The notes under the pieces were generated by a model, which saw only the letters and a program-made list of their open reading frames with translations, was not told the origin of the DNA and searched no databases. A stretch of DNA of 63,762 bases, the filler included, from Saprolegnia diclina VS20 (lineage: Eukaryota), in NCBI RefSeq assembly GCF_000281045.1. It is 10 parts of 8 records of this genome, joined end to end, with 100 filler letters (N's around TTAATTAATTAA, not from the genome) between each part and the next. Parts side by side here need not be neighbours in the genome. Positions count along the whole stretch, not along the records: positions 23,656 to 35,796 come from NW_008246284.1; 9 more parts are not named here. One strand, given 5' to 3'. Numbering within the stretch: position 1 is the stretch's first letter; each line of letters opens with the position of its first letter. This document shows positions 23,739 to 35,100 of this stretch, piece by piece. The position numbers and the translations under genes are program-made.

Positions 23739-24263
23739 CAGTAGGTAGCGTCTAATGTCCGGGGGGTGATTTTGGGTGCTCAGGCCGATGTGTCGCAAAA
23801 TGCGCTCTCCGCGACAATATTTTTTTGAAAAGTGCCTGCATATTTTTATTGTGTAATATATTTAGAGCTCAAAGATCTCCACGTCGACGATCGTATCGGC
23901 GTGCTCATTGTCAGGCTGGCTCGAACATGAATCAAATGCGTCCAACTCACTGCTATCGAATCCACGAATGAAATTCGCGACAGAAGCAAGCTCCAGACCG
24001 GTATCAGAGTTTGCAGTAGTGTTAGCTCCGTAAACTTCGCCAATGTTGGCCTTGACGAAGCAGTTTTTTATAGATTTCGGCGCGATCTTGCTCCAAGCTG
24101 CAGCGGAGAGATGGGCGGCGTCCATCAAATGAGCGGGGCGGCCGTGTGCGACGCCAAAGGTACCGGGGCGGTTGCTAGCCACTTCTGCCGTCCTCGCAGC
24201 CTTGTCTTCATCGCTCAGATCGAGGTGCTTGATGACAAGGGTGTGTACACCCATTGGAGCCAT
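23739..24263 (-). mobile_element. pogo/Tigger-family DNA transposon relic: transposase C-terminus plus one putative terminus
   Basis: LMDAAHLSAAAWSKIAPKSIKNCFVKANI matches the AW..v...tI.nCF.Kagi motif at the end of DDE_1 transposases. TA|CAGTAG at 23737-23744 resembles a pogo terminus; no partner TIR found. Confidence 0.65.
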
Positions 24264-24547
24264 GGCGTTGGCATCAAGCGAGGAACGTCGCTGCTCGCGA
24301 AATCGAATTTTTGCATTAATTTAAATCAATGGGACTGGTAGAAACTATGACACTGGACGCGTAAAATCCACAACTCAATAAAACCTCGATGATAAATCCA
24401 AACGAAAACATAAGATTGTGCGGATTGGAGCCATGGCGTTGGCATCAAGCGAGGAACGTCGCTGCTCGCGAAATTGAATTTTTGCATTAATTTAAATCAA
24501 TGGGACTGGTAGAAACTATGACACTGGACGCGTAAAATCCACAACTC
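24253..24547 (+). repeat. 124-bp direct repeat pair with a 47-bp spacer
   Basis: 24253-24376 and 24424-24547 are identical except for one substitution (AATCGAA vs AATTGAA). Confidence 0.95.
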
Positions 24548-24751
24548 GCTGCAAATTTAGGTTGCTACATGAGCGTTGGAATGCGCGCTGCTTTCGAGAT
24601 GCTGCCACGACAGCATGGTTTGTCCCAAAGTGGTACAAACCTGCATGTATGGGAAATATTATCCCGAGCTGCAGGCATGGAGTAAATCCCTCGAGTTTGT
24701 CCCACAGAACAGCCCAAGCTCAACTGCGTTCATTTTGTTGAAGCATCCGAT

Positions 24752-25750
24752 ATGACGACGACCAACAGCGGCACACGGACGGCCTTTGTCACCGGCGCGA
24801 CGGGCTTCCTCGGGCGGCACCTCGTCGAGTCGCTCCAGAGCAATGGCTGGCGTATCGTTGCCATGCACCGACCGGGCTCCAACGTCAAAGCTCTTTTGGA
24901 TCTCGGCGTCCAGTGCGTTGTCGCCGACCTGCAAGACCCTGCTTCGATCATTGCAGCAATGCCCAACGAAGTCGACGCCGTCTTCCACGTCGCTGCCAAC
25001 ACGACGCTGTGGCGTGCCCGGCACGCCGAGCAGTGGCGCGACAACGTCCTCGGCACCAAGGCCATGTGCGAAGCCGCCGTGACGCAGCATGCCAAGCGGT
25101 TTGTGTTTGTGAGCTCTGTCGCCGCGTACGGCTACCGCGGCGATACGATCAACGAAGCGACACCCCAGGAAGGTAGCATCGCGCCGATCAACTACTCGCG
25201 GTCCAAGGCCGCGGCCGAAGTCGAGGTGCGGGCGGCCATCGCGAAAGGGCTCGCCGCCGTCATCATCAACCCGGCGCATATCCTCGGGGCGCATGACCAG
25301 AGCAACTGGGCGCGCATCTTCAAGATGGTGGCGCGCAATGAGCTGACGGGCATTCCGCCCGGCTCGGGCTCCTTCTGCTACGCGCCATACGTGGCCGACG
25401 CGATCGTGGCGGCGGCCGAGAATGGCCAAGTCGGCCACAACTTCCTTCTCAAAGGTCCCGATGCGTCATTTCTGGAGCTGATTCAGGAAGCCGCGAAGCA
25501 ACTGGGTAAGGTCGAGACGCGTCAGCAGCTCCCAGCGTTTGTGCTGCGTCTCGTGGGCCGCGTGAACGAAGCATTTGCATATTTTACAGGGCGGGAGCCC
25601 GACGTTACGTACGAAGGCGCGCTCTTGGTGTGCTTGCACGCGCACATTGAGACGACCAAAGCGCGAGACGAGCTCGGGTACAAGCAAATGCCGTTGGCCG
25701 AGAGCGTCGCCAGGACCATTGCGTGGCTGCGTGAGACTAACCAGTGCTAA
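24752..25750 (+). CDS. NAD-dependent epimerase/dehydratase (extended SDR; HpnA/dihydroflavonol reductase-like), intronless
   Basis: VTGATGFLG Rossmann motif, VFHVAA, FVFVSS and the catalytic YSRSK (YxxxK). Confidence 0.9.
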   Translation: MTTTNSGTRTAFVTGATGFLGRHLVESLQSNGWRIVAMHRPGSNVKALLDLGVQCVVADLQDPASIIAAMPNEVDAVFHVAANTTLWRARHAEQWRDNVLGTKAMCEAAVTQHAKRFVFVSSVAAYGYRGDTINEATPQEGSIAPINYSRSKAAAEVEVRAAIAKGLAAVIINPAHILGAHDQSNWARIFKMVARNELTGIPPGSGSFCYAPYVADAIVAAAENGQVGHNFLLKGPDASFLELIQEAAKQLGKVETRQQLPAFVLRLVGRVNEAFAYFTGREPDVTYEGALLVCLHAHIETTKARDELGYKQMPLAESVARTIAWLRETNQC

Positions 25751-26353
25751 GGCACGTTGTGTTTTTATACCGAGTTGAACGCGGTTGAAGATTGAGCGTG
25801 CACGGAAGGCAAGCATTCATAGTGCCATCACAAGTAAGGCGCCACATAGTTAGACGTTGATAGACTGGAGAAGCCTGCAAATGTAATAAAGCTGACGACG
25901 GTGGACGACTGCATCAGCCGTGTCTCTAGCCCAATTGAAGGTCCTGGTCGTGCCCCCGCGTCGCCGGTGTCGGGATCCGGCGAATCTCGCACCACCCAGC
26001 TGCTGGGCACGTCGCACATCGCGACCACAAGCCACAGCGTCCGTATTACGCCTACAAGAGGACCCTGGCGCTACACCAAGCGTCCTATAGGGCTAGAGAA
26101 GCGATGGTCCCACGGTATTCCGCCAGCGCACATCAACGCCAAGCGGGCTGGGAGCGTGCCAGCAAAGGCGCACCTCGCCGTCGAAATCTCAAAATAGACG
26201 GCATATTTTTATTCCGACTTGTCCATCATTTAATTCGCATAAACATGCGTAATGCCGTCGTTTGCACCTCATTAAATACCACGGGGCCACAAAACCGACG
26301 CGGCGATTCTATTAAATTTAGCCTGCAAAGCTCAGTTGAGTTTTGATCGGAGC

Positions 26354-27286
26354 ATGGACAAGCAAGATACGAAGCCGCCACGCGTCGTCTTCGAGAGCAT
26401 TCCGCGCCTCTTCGCCTACGACGCGACGCCCCATCATGGCGTCTTTGACCACTACGAGCGCGAGACGCCGTCTTGGCACGCGCTGACTAAGCTGCCGCTC
26501 GTGCAGGAGCCCAGCGTCAAGGTGCTCTACTGGGTCCGCCACGCCGAGGGCCACCACAACGCCGCCGAGCGCTTCTACGGCACGCCGACGTGGGACGCGA
26601 CCGTCTCGCTCTCGGACGAGTACTTGGACGCTGCGCTCAACGACGCCGGCCTCGCCGACGCCCGGAATCGGTCGACGCACATGCTGTACGAACGCCATAT
26701 TGGGCTGCCCCTCGACAAGATCATCGTGTCGCCACTCACACGGACGCTGCAGACGGCGCACGAGCTGTTTCGTCTTAACGACTCGAGTGTACCGTCGGTG
26801 CCAATTATCGCGATGGAGAACTGTCGCGAGACGCTCGGCGTGCACACCTGCGACAAGCGCAGTCCGCGGTCCGCGCTGGTCGAAGCCTTTCCCAAGGTCA
26901 ACTGGAGCCTCATTGATGACGAAGAGGACACGCTGTGGTCGCCTAGCCATCGCGAGACGAACGATGAGATCCAAATGCGCTGCCACGCGTTCTTGGACGA
27001 CGTCTTCACCCGCATCCCCGACAAGTACATTGCCATCGTGTCCCATGCCGGGTTTATCCAAAACTGCATGGTACTCTTGCGATACCCCAACTACAAGCCA
27101 AAAAACTGCGAGACGATTCCGACTGTGGTCCAGCGCACGCTCTTGGCGCCGTCCGTTGTCGCCAAGCAGTTGCCGCCCGCCGAGCGCATGATGGAGCTTT
27201 CATCGCTCTTGACCATGCTGCTCGTGTTGGTTCTCTCGTGTAGAGCTCTGCGCACCCACTGTCTACCAAGCTGTGGACACAATTAG
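26354..27286 (+). CDS. Histidine phosphatase / phosphoglycerate mutase-like (PMU1-like) with a hydrophobic C-terminal tail
   Basis: RHAEGHHN, DAALNDAG, SPLTRTLQT, RETLGVHTCDKR and VSHAGFI. Tail LSSLLTMLLVLVLSC. Confidence 0.9.
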   Translation: MDKQDTKPPRVVFESIPRLFAYDATPHHGVFDHYERETPSWHALTKLPLVQEPSVKVLYWVRHAEGHHNAAERFYGTPTWDATVSLSDEYLDAALNDAGLADARNRSTHMLYERHIGLPLDKIIVSPLTRTLQTAHELFRLNDSSVPSVPIIAMENCRETLGVHTCDKRSPRSALVEAFPKVNWSLIDDEEDTLWSPSHRETNDEIQMRCHAFLDDVFTRIPDKYIAIVSHAGFIQNCMVLLRYPNYKPKNCETIPTVVQRTLLAPSVVAKQLPPAERMMELSSLLTMLLVLVLSCRALRTHCLPSCGHN

Positions 27287-27560
27287 TTATACAATACGAT
27301 AGTTGATACTACGACACTTCAATTTTGTGTGACGGGTCGACGTGGCCGGGCGCTACTCCACGCATCTCACACCCGACACGTGCCAAAAATCTATGTGTGA
27401 CGCCGCAAGCTGACGCCGCAGCGTGCCACGTCAGCAGGGCGACCATCGGACGCGACGGCAAAGGTTGCATCAACCGGGTTGGCATACAGGCCGGGAACAT
27501 AGGAGATGGTGCCAAGTGAGATGATTGTGGTCGACGGCATTCACAATTTCTTGACTGGTC

Positions 27561-27655
27561 AGTGCGTTGTCTAGATTCTAGTCAACGCACTAGTGCGATT
27601 TCGTAGTACCAGTGAGCTAATCGTGCGATTTCGTAGTACCAGTGAGCTAATCGTG
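27561..27655. repeat. Near-perfect 31-bp palindrome followed by a 30-bp perfect tandem duplication
   Basis: AGTGCGTTG-T-CTAGA-T-TCTAG-T-CAACGCACT at 27561-27591, then GTGCGATTTCGTAGTACCAGTGAGCTAATC twice at 27593-27652. Confidence 0.85.
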
Positions 27656-27978
27656 GGCAACTCAACTTGACACGTAAATTTGGTTGCAGAATACGTTGCC
27701 GGACGTCCCAACCCACCACAAAGTAGAGGTTTACGATCTCGAGCGTTAAATAGTTTATATAGCTCATGCAACCCGTGCACATATATCGTCCGTAGCACCA
27801 CGTCGAATATATTTAGCTCAGGAAATAGCCACGCGCAACGCTTAACATGACGTGCACATCAAAATGGGCGCGCGATCTTTTTCGGCCGTTGAGGCGTTTG
27901 ATTGGCCGCTTGGTCAGCGTTTTTAGCCAGTTACATTTGTTCGATCGCCCGATTGCGACGGAGATTCTGGCTTTTGCC

Positions 27979-28818
27979 ATGGCCGCCGACGACTTCGTGT
28001 ACGACGACCCGGTGTACGCGACCCTCCACGGCGGCTTCCACGTCGTGCCAGGCCACTTCGCGTACCACGCAGTGCCCGACATCGACGCCATCTTCGAGCA
28101 CTTTGCTTGCGCCGAGACCGACTGGCACACGTTCGCCAAGGCCATCCGCCGGGCCAACCGGCCCAACACCAAGGTGCTCTACTTCTTGCGCCATGCCGAG
28201 GGCGAGCACAACGCGGCCAAGATACGCCTCGGACCCGAGGTGTGGTTTCGCGACGTTGCCATCACCAACGAGTTTCTCGATGCGCGCTTGACGGCAAAAG
28301 GCGAGGCCGCGGCCGCGAGCGCCGCCGCCCGCATGAAGTACGAGCTCCAGATGGGTCTGCCGCTGGAGAAGGTCATCTTGTCGCCGCTGCGCCGCACGCT
28401 GCAGACAGGCACGACGGTGTTTGCGACCGAGATTGGCAAGGTCCCATTCGTCGCCATGGAGCTCTGCCGCGAGACCATGGGCGTGCACACATGCGATAAG
28501 CGGAGCCCGATCGCCGAGATGGCCGCGCTCTTCCCGATGGTCGACTTTTCCGACATCACGGAGAACGACGACGGCCTCTGGCAGCCCGACAAGCGCGAGT
28601 CTCTCGACGAAATCCAAGCCCGCGCCGTGCAGTTTCTCAAGCACGTCTACGAGAACGTGCCTGAGACGTTCATTGCCATCACGTCGCACGTCGGGTTCAT
28701 TGGCGCGTGCTTGCGCGTGCTCGAGCAGACCGAGTATCGGCTCGACAACTGCGAGATCGTGCCCGTCGTCATCCAGTTCAACGAACCGACCAAGAGCCCG
28801 CGGAAACCCGTGGCGTAG
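27979..28818 (+). CDS. Histidine phosphatase / phosphoglycerate mutase-like, tandem paralog
   Basis: RHAEGEHN, DARLTAKG, SPLRRTLQT, RETMGVHTCDKR and TSHVGFI. ATG at 27979 preferred from codon bias. Confidence 0.9.
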   Translation: MAADDFVYDDPVYATLHGGFHVVPGHFAYHAVPDIDAIFEHFACAETDWHTFAKAIRRANRPNTKVLYFLRHAEGEHNAAKIRLGPEVWFRDVAITNEFLDARLTAKGEAAAASAAARMKYELQMGLPLEKVILSPLRRTLQTGTTVFATEIGKVPFVAMELCRETMGVHTCDKRSPIAEMAALFPMVDFSDITENDDGLWQPDKRESLDEIQARAVQFLKHVYENVPETFIAITSHVGFIGACLRVLEQTEYRLDNCEIVPVVIQFNEPTKSPRKPVA

Positions 28819-29039
28819 ACAGAGTGCTCACTGTACATAACCAAAGGAGGCAACGACACTACGTACTACGACGATGGGCTGTTGTACGCAAAGGCGTATC
28901 CTTGACATGGCTTTGGTCGCACGGTAAGCCCTGATGCAAAGTCCTCAGCTGTAAGACTTGCGAAGACGTAAGATCAAACGACGTTATAAGACTGCCCTGC
29001 TCTATTCCAAGGCGCCGATGCGATCGAAGGGATCCATCT

Positions 29040-30357
29040 CTACATGGCAAAGAGGTCGCGGAAACCTTGCTTTTGGTCGGCCGTCAAAGTCGTCGGGAAG
29101 AGGACGTTGATCTTGACGTGCAATTGTCCTACAGAGAAGAGATTGTCAGATGCAGGTGCGATGGATGTCCACACGCTACCTCGCTCGGACGCATACTGGT
29201 ACTTGGGCATGCCTTCGTTCGGAAGCGAGATCACTTGGCTCGGCTCCGTGATCGACGACCGCGCCACTTCCACACGGCGACCGTCCATGTGCACAAAGCT
29301 CTTCCGAAACCCAATGAGCGCCTCCTTGAGCGAAATGTTCAAGTCCATCCAGAGGTCGTCGCCGTCGCGGGAAAAGAGCTCGTGGGGCACGGTCGCAACG
29401 CGGAACCGGACGTGGCCGGCGCTGCGGTCGGCAAACTCGTCGGCGTAGTGCTCAAACTCAATTTCGTGGCCATCTTGCATGCCCTTCTCGACATCGACGT
29501 CCACTTCAACGTCGGCAAAGTTGGTCTTGTGGCCGCCGCACACGGGGCACGTGCTCGTGACAATCTTGCCTTTCCCGTGGCACTTGGTGCACGTCGTCTG
29601 GAATTGCTGGATGAAGCCGGGCCCGACGCGCCGCGTCTCGAGCTACACGGCAATGCGTCATGGATCTGAGCGTAAATGCGATAGGTAGTACCTTGACGCC
29701 GTGGCCACCGCACTCGTGGCACGTGTGGATGTCGTCGGCGTGGGCCGCGCCTTTGCCGTGGCAGTGCTGGCACACAGTTTTCCGTCGCATCGACACGGGA
29801 ATGCTGCGGCCATTGTACAAGTCGGCGAGCGACACGCGGAGCGGCACCGTGACGTCGTTGCCGCGCGACGGCTCTTGCTGGCGCTGACGGCCGCCGCCGC
29901 CAAAGAACTGCGAGAAAATGTCAAACGGATCATGGCCGCCACCGCCGCCGCCGCCATTGTCCTTGAGACCGTCTTCGCCGTACATGTCGTATTTCTTGCG
30001 CTTCTCCGTGTCCGACAAGACCTCGTAGGCTAGGCGGCATGGTCATGCAACGTGTCCTCGATGGTATTCGCGGACGTACCGCTGGCGACTTCGGAAAACT
30101 TCTTGGCGGCGTCTTCATCGCCAGGGTTTTTATCAGGATGCAGCTACACGCATGCTGCATGAAGCCAGTGCCATGCCGGGCAAGCCTACCTTGAGTGAGA
30201 GCTTCCGGAAGGCCTTCTTGATCTCGGGTGACGATGCATCGCGTGAGATGCCAAGCACCTCGTACAGGTCGCGCCCAGCGTACACGGCCGCGACCAGCAC
30301 GACCAGCAGCAGGACAAGGAGGCGAAGAGGCCGCCGAGCGTCCACGATCGCTGCCAT
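29040..30357 (-). CDS. dnaJ: ER-luminal type I DnaJ/Hsp40 (ERdj3/Scj1-like), multi-exon
   Basis: Signal peptide [17 protein letters not shown]-domain RDLYEVLG...LHPDKNPGD...AYEVLSD. G/F region. Zinc-finger repeats [24 protein letters not shown] and CPVCGGHK. C-terminal [10 protein letters not shown] and NEGMP. Confidence 0.92.
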
Positions 30358-31810
30358 TGCACCAAATGGGTTTTGCGCCCTACGCTTGAAATATCTTTGA
30401 GTGTCAGTGCCTAATTAGGAGATTGCCAGGACGAGGTACGATTGGACCACGGTTTTTGTTTTCGGACTTTGACTGGCGCCAGCCACGTGGCGCGACAGTT
30501 CTGGAAGAGGTCGAGCATGGACATCACGGGCTGGCATCGCGATGCGTGGACGACGACGCTGCGTATCATTTGTCCGCATATTGCAGTTGCAGATACCGAA
30601 GCGTAGCTCTTCGCAGGCAGTCGAAGCGCCCAGAGGCTATCAGATCTGAGTCTGGTTGGTGCTGGTACTACACGTACTGCACGAAGGACTCGCCTTGGCC
30701 TGCATACTGCTTTACACACGAGCTTGTAGAACAGGACGAAATGCTTGCATCGCTCACGCTGATTCGAGCTTTCCGGCACGGCAAGACGTCACCTCATGGT
30801 ATCTCGGGTTTCGTTCCGCAGTCTTCACAGCACGAACTATACGAGCTGGATTCAGAGCCTGATCCTCACGTTAACGGGCACAATTGCTCTCTTCATAATC
30901 ACGGGCGAAGCATCTTCTTGTAGACCGCGCAGCTCACATCAAACCCTTGAGCCAAGGAAACTGCTGGAAAGTACTTCCTTGGCTCTCCGGTCGAAATAGA
31001 CCAATCACCGCGCGGCGCTGGATTGGTTTCGGCCAATCAGATACCTTGGTTGACGGTGGAAGCATCTTCCAGGCATTTTGGTCATNNNNNNNNNNNNNNN
31101 NNNNNNNNNNNNNNNNNNNNNNNNNNNNNNNNNNNNNNNNNNNNNNNNNNNNNNNNNNNNNNNNNNNNNNNNNNNNNNNNNNNNNNNNNNNNNNNNNNNN
31201 NNNNNNNNNNNNNNNNNNNNNNNNNNNNNNNNNNNNNNNNNNNNNNNNNNNNNNNNNNNNNNNNNNNNNNNNNNNNNNNNNNNNNNNNNNNNNNNNNNNN
31301 NNNNNNNNNNNNNNNNNNNNNNNNNNNNNNNNNNNNNNNNNNNNNNNNNNNNNNNNNNNNNNNNNNNNNNNNNNNNNNNNNNNNNNNNNNNNNNNNNNNN
31401 NNNNNNNNNNNNNNNNNNNNNNNNNNNNNNNNNNNNNNNNNNNNNNNNNNNNNNNNNNNNNNNNNNNNNNNNNNNNNNNNNNNNNNNNNNNNNNNNNNNN
31501 NNNNNNNNNNNNNNNNNNNNNNNNNNNNNNNNNNNNNNNNNNNNNNNNNNNNNNNNNNNNNNNNNNNNNNNNNNNNNNNNNNNNNNNNNNNNNNNNNNNN
31601 NNNNNNNNNNNNNNNNNNNNNNNNNNNNNNNNNNNNNNNNNNNNNNNNNNNNNNNNNNNNNNNNNNNNNNNNNNNNNNNNNNNNNNNNNNNNNNNNNNNN
31701 NNNNNNNNNNNNNNNNNNNNNNNNNNNNNNNNNNNNNNNNNNNNNNNNNNNNNNNNNNNNNNNNNNNNNNNNNNNNNNNNNNNNNNNNNNNNNNNNNNNN
31801 NNNNNNNNNN

Positions 31811-31990
31811 ATGCAGTGCGTCGTGCTCAGCGGCAAGCCCATCAACGAGCCCATCGAGCAGTACGGTCCATTTGTCATGACGACGCGCGCCGAGCTCCAA
31901 GCAACGATCCAAGACTACAACTTTGGCCGCAACGGCTTTGAGAACGCACCGGACTGGAGCTCGTCGATTGCCGAACTCGCATACAAGTAA
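31811..31990 (+). CDS. Pirin, C-terminal part (remainder lies in the gap)
   Basis: VLSGKPINEPIEQYGPFVMTTRAELQATIQDY...NGFENAPDW is the pirin C-terminal cupin signature (EP..qyGPFVMnT). Confidence 0.9.
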   Translation: MQCVVLSGKPINEPIEQYGPFVMTTRAELQATIQDYNFGRNGFENAPDWSSSIAELAYK

Positions 31991-32151
31991 GGCTGCATAT
32001 TATTACTGTATTTCTAATCGATATTCCACCACATATTCTTGTGTTTGCGGTGCTGCACTAGGGCGGGTAGGGTTGCAAATTGGACGTGGTCGCTCGACCC
32101 AGCGCACGCGTCTCCTTTGACACAAAGAGGCACTCCACTACTCGCTCTTTC

Positions 32152-35100
32152 TCAGTGCTTAGAGAGCGGAATGGCGTGCTTGAAGCGACCGCAATCGTGT
32201 GCGGTTGGCAGCATGAGGAGGCGCCACGTTTTGGTGTCAAAGATGTACCACGTGTCCTTGTGCTGCAGCGAGAGCAAGCCGGCCATGATGCCCGAGGACG
32301 AATCGAGAAAGAACTCGTCGCCGTGACGCCAGTGGGTCCAGCTCAGCATGTACAAGCTCTGCGCATTGAGCAGCAGCGTCTTTGGCAGCGCCGACGCCAA
32401 GCGCGGCACGCGCCAGCGCTCCACGGCGTACGCCATCAAGACGCAGCCAAACGCGATGCCGACGGTGGCTTGGAGACGTGCGTAGCTGCCGATAGCAATA
32501 TAGCCACTGGTGCAGACAAGCGCCGCGTCCATGTCGCGCGCGTCGCAGGCCCGCTGCAGCTTGCCGGTAGGTGCGAGTGGGTGGATGGACGTCACGCAGA
32601 TGAGAACGAGCCACGCGAGGTTGGAGCTCTTGAACGCGTAGAGCGACGTGTAGTGGTGCGTGGCGCAGCTCAAGAGGTCGTTGAGCACGTAGACGAGCCA
32701 CGTCACTTCGGAGGCGCCAAGGACCGTCTTGTACCACGGCAGCTTGGGCAAGGCAAAGTGCGTCACCGCACCGACTTGAACGACGTCGGCCACGCTCGTG
32801 TTGAGGAGGCAGAGCGCCGTGATGCTGCGCAAGAGCAGCAAGGGGCGGCCAAGCCACACGAGGCCGACGACGCGGTTGATGCAAAAGAGATTGCGGCTCT
32901 CGAGGCGGCCGCGGGAGCGTAGCGCGTTCAAGAAGACAAGACTCATGATGAAAATCATGACGATCGTGACGTACGCGACGCCCTGCTGCAGCAAGGCGGC
33001 GTAGCTCGCTCGTCGTTGCGCGGCATCGGGCGCCATTGCGTTGGAAGCCGTGCCCCCCGAGATGGTCGTGATGGTGCCGGCGTCACCTTGGAAAGAAACG
33101 ACTTCGCGCATGCCGATGGCCCACTCGTAGAGGCTGCACCAGCCGTAGAAGCTCCAGCCGCGGTCGTCGTTGTCGAGGAGCGGAATCAAAAGCAAGCTAC
33201 CTGGACCTAGTTGACCCCCAACGGCGTACTGCACCAGTGATATGTTGTGGTCGATAACGTCCGCGTACAGTAACTTGGCCGTGTGAGCTAGGGACACAAA
33301 ATCGAGAGCGCGTTCCAGTGAAAAATTGTAAAAGGTAGCATAGTCCCCCGCGCAGTTGGCGACGATAGTCGTGTCCAACGCGCAAATATGGTTGAGATCC
33401 GAGGTGGTGTTGAGGGCTAGGGTCATCTCAAAGCCGAGAAACGCAAAGAGGAGCTGGAGTCGGGACGGAAACATGACTTCGTTGGCAATGAAGCGACATG
33501 GACTCGTCGCTGTAAAGAGACTGTAGAGGCCCGTAGCACCGGATAAGAGTCCGTTGTCGATACCACAAAAGAGGTTGCCGCCACCAAGCAATATCGAGAG
33601 GTCGTCGAGCAAGAAGCGTGGAGATGCGACGAGATTGTACTTGACAGGCAGCGACAGAAACGCAGTTTGGGCGTTGGGGTCGCGAAGGAGGAGGGAAGCT
33701 AGGGCACTACTGACGCCGGCGTAAAACTCGAGGAGAGACGGCGGTGGCATAAGGTACACCATGTCAATGGCATTGAACGGACCCAGAGACGACTCGAGCG
33801 ACGCAATGTCGCTCGGAAATGGCGACGTCAGAGTGCGATTCTCGACGAGAAGGCCCCAGTTGGACACGTTCCGAAACGCAAAGTTGGCGCTGCCCCGCAA
33901 CAAGCTTCGGCCACTGATGCTTGTAGTGTTGGAGCTGACGGCCCAGAGGTCGCTTGCGAATGTCCAGTACATCATGTAGGAAGTCTGGTGCTTGGTATGC
34001 ATCGAGGCGGGTATGTAACTCAGGGCCAGAGGGTACGAGAGGCCAAGCGCCGTCTCGATCGTCAGCGCATCGTCGAAACCAATCGTCTTGTAGTTTTGCC
34101 ACTGCAGTGTAAAGTGAGAAATCTGGTGCTGACGCCACGCACGGACCTCTTGATCAGCGGAGAGAGCGGTGTCAGTAAGCGACGCAAGCCATTGGCGGCC
34201 ACCGAGGGCTGTGGACAGCTCCTTTCCAAAACCAACATCAAAAGAATCGCCCCAGCAACGATCCCAAGCAGCCCAGTCGTTGACGTTGCGCAGCGGAAGC
34301 TCGAGGTACACGGCGCCGTTGGTCATTCTGTCGGAGACACACCGTCTCTGTCGACCTTGCGTGCTTGCCATCTCCCACGTTTGGTTGAGGTCGAGCCAGC
34401 AGTACTGCGTAAACATCCACGGCAGGAGGCACGGATCCATGCGGCGAAGGTTGGCCACCGCAATCTCTAGTGTTGTAGTCGACTGGAATAGCGCTCGACG
34501 AGCTACTGTGCTGCTCCAGATGATCGTGCCTTCGGACCCGTTGTAGAAGCGAGAGTGGTCGAGAAGACGGGGGTCATCGAGGTGCAGAGGAGCCTCGGTC
34601 GTCGTGAGCAGCAGCTCATTAGCCCTTGTTGCCAAGTACGCGTGCGTGCTCGAGCTGTTGAAGCCACCCCAGAAAAAATCGTTGGCGAGACTCTCTTGAA
34701 TGATGGAGAGAAACGCAATGTTGCCAAACAGCGTAAACGCAGTGTAGCCGAGACCAAGCAGCAAGAGGGTGTGGTGCGTCCTAGACGACGGCTGGACGAT
34801 GACGCGAGTGCCATGAGACGCTACGTGGACAACGTCAATCATCGGTCTTGTAGGACCAAGATCCAGTGACAACCACCGCGTGACGTCAAAGACACCGCAT
34901 CGAATGTAAAGGAGACCCCCCATGAACGCTGTGACGGGGTTTGTAGTTCCCGCCTCGCTGTTGAGAAAGCAGGTCGACAGTCCTGTCCAAAGCGCACTTG
35001 ACGCAGACAGGGATGGCGGACTCGGTGCTGTGAACAAGGTTGCTGCCATAGCTGCGATAACCGCACCGCCAACGTTGATACCAAGGACAATAAATGTCCG

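Noticed and set aside
30934..31990. Long ORFs running through N gaps (also 46498-47819, 56674-57258)
   Set aside because: Artefacts of translating Ns and the microsatellite; only the pirin tail is supported.
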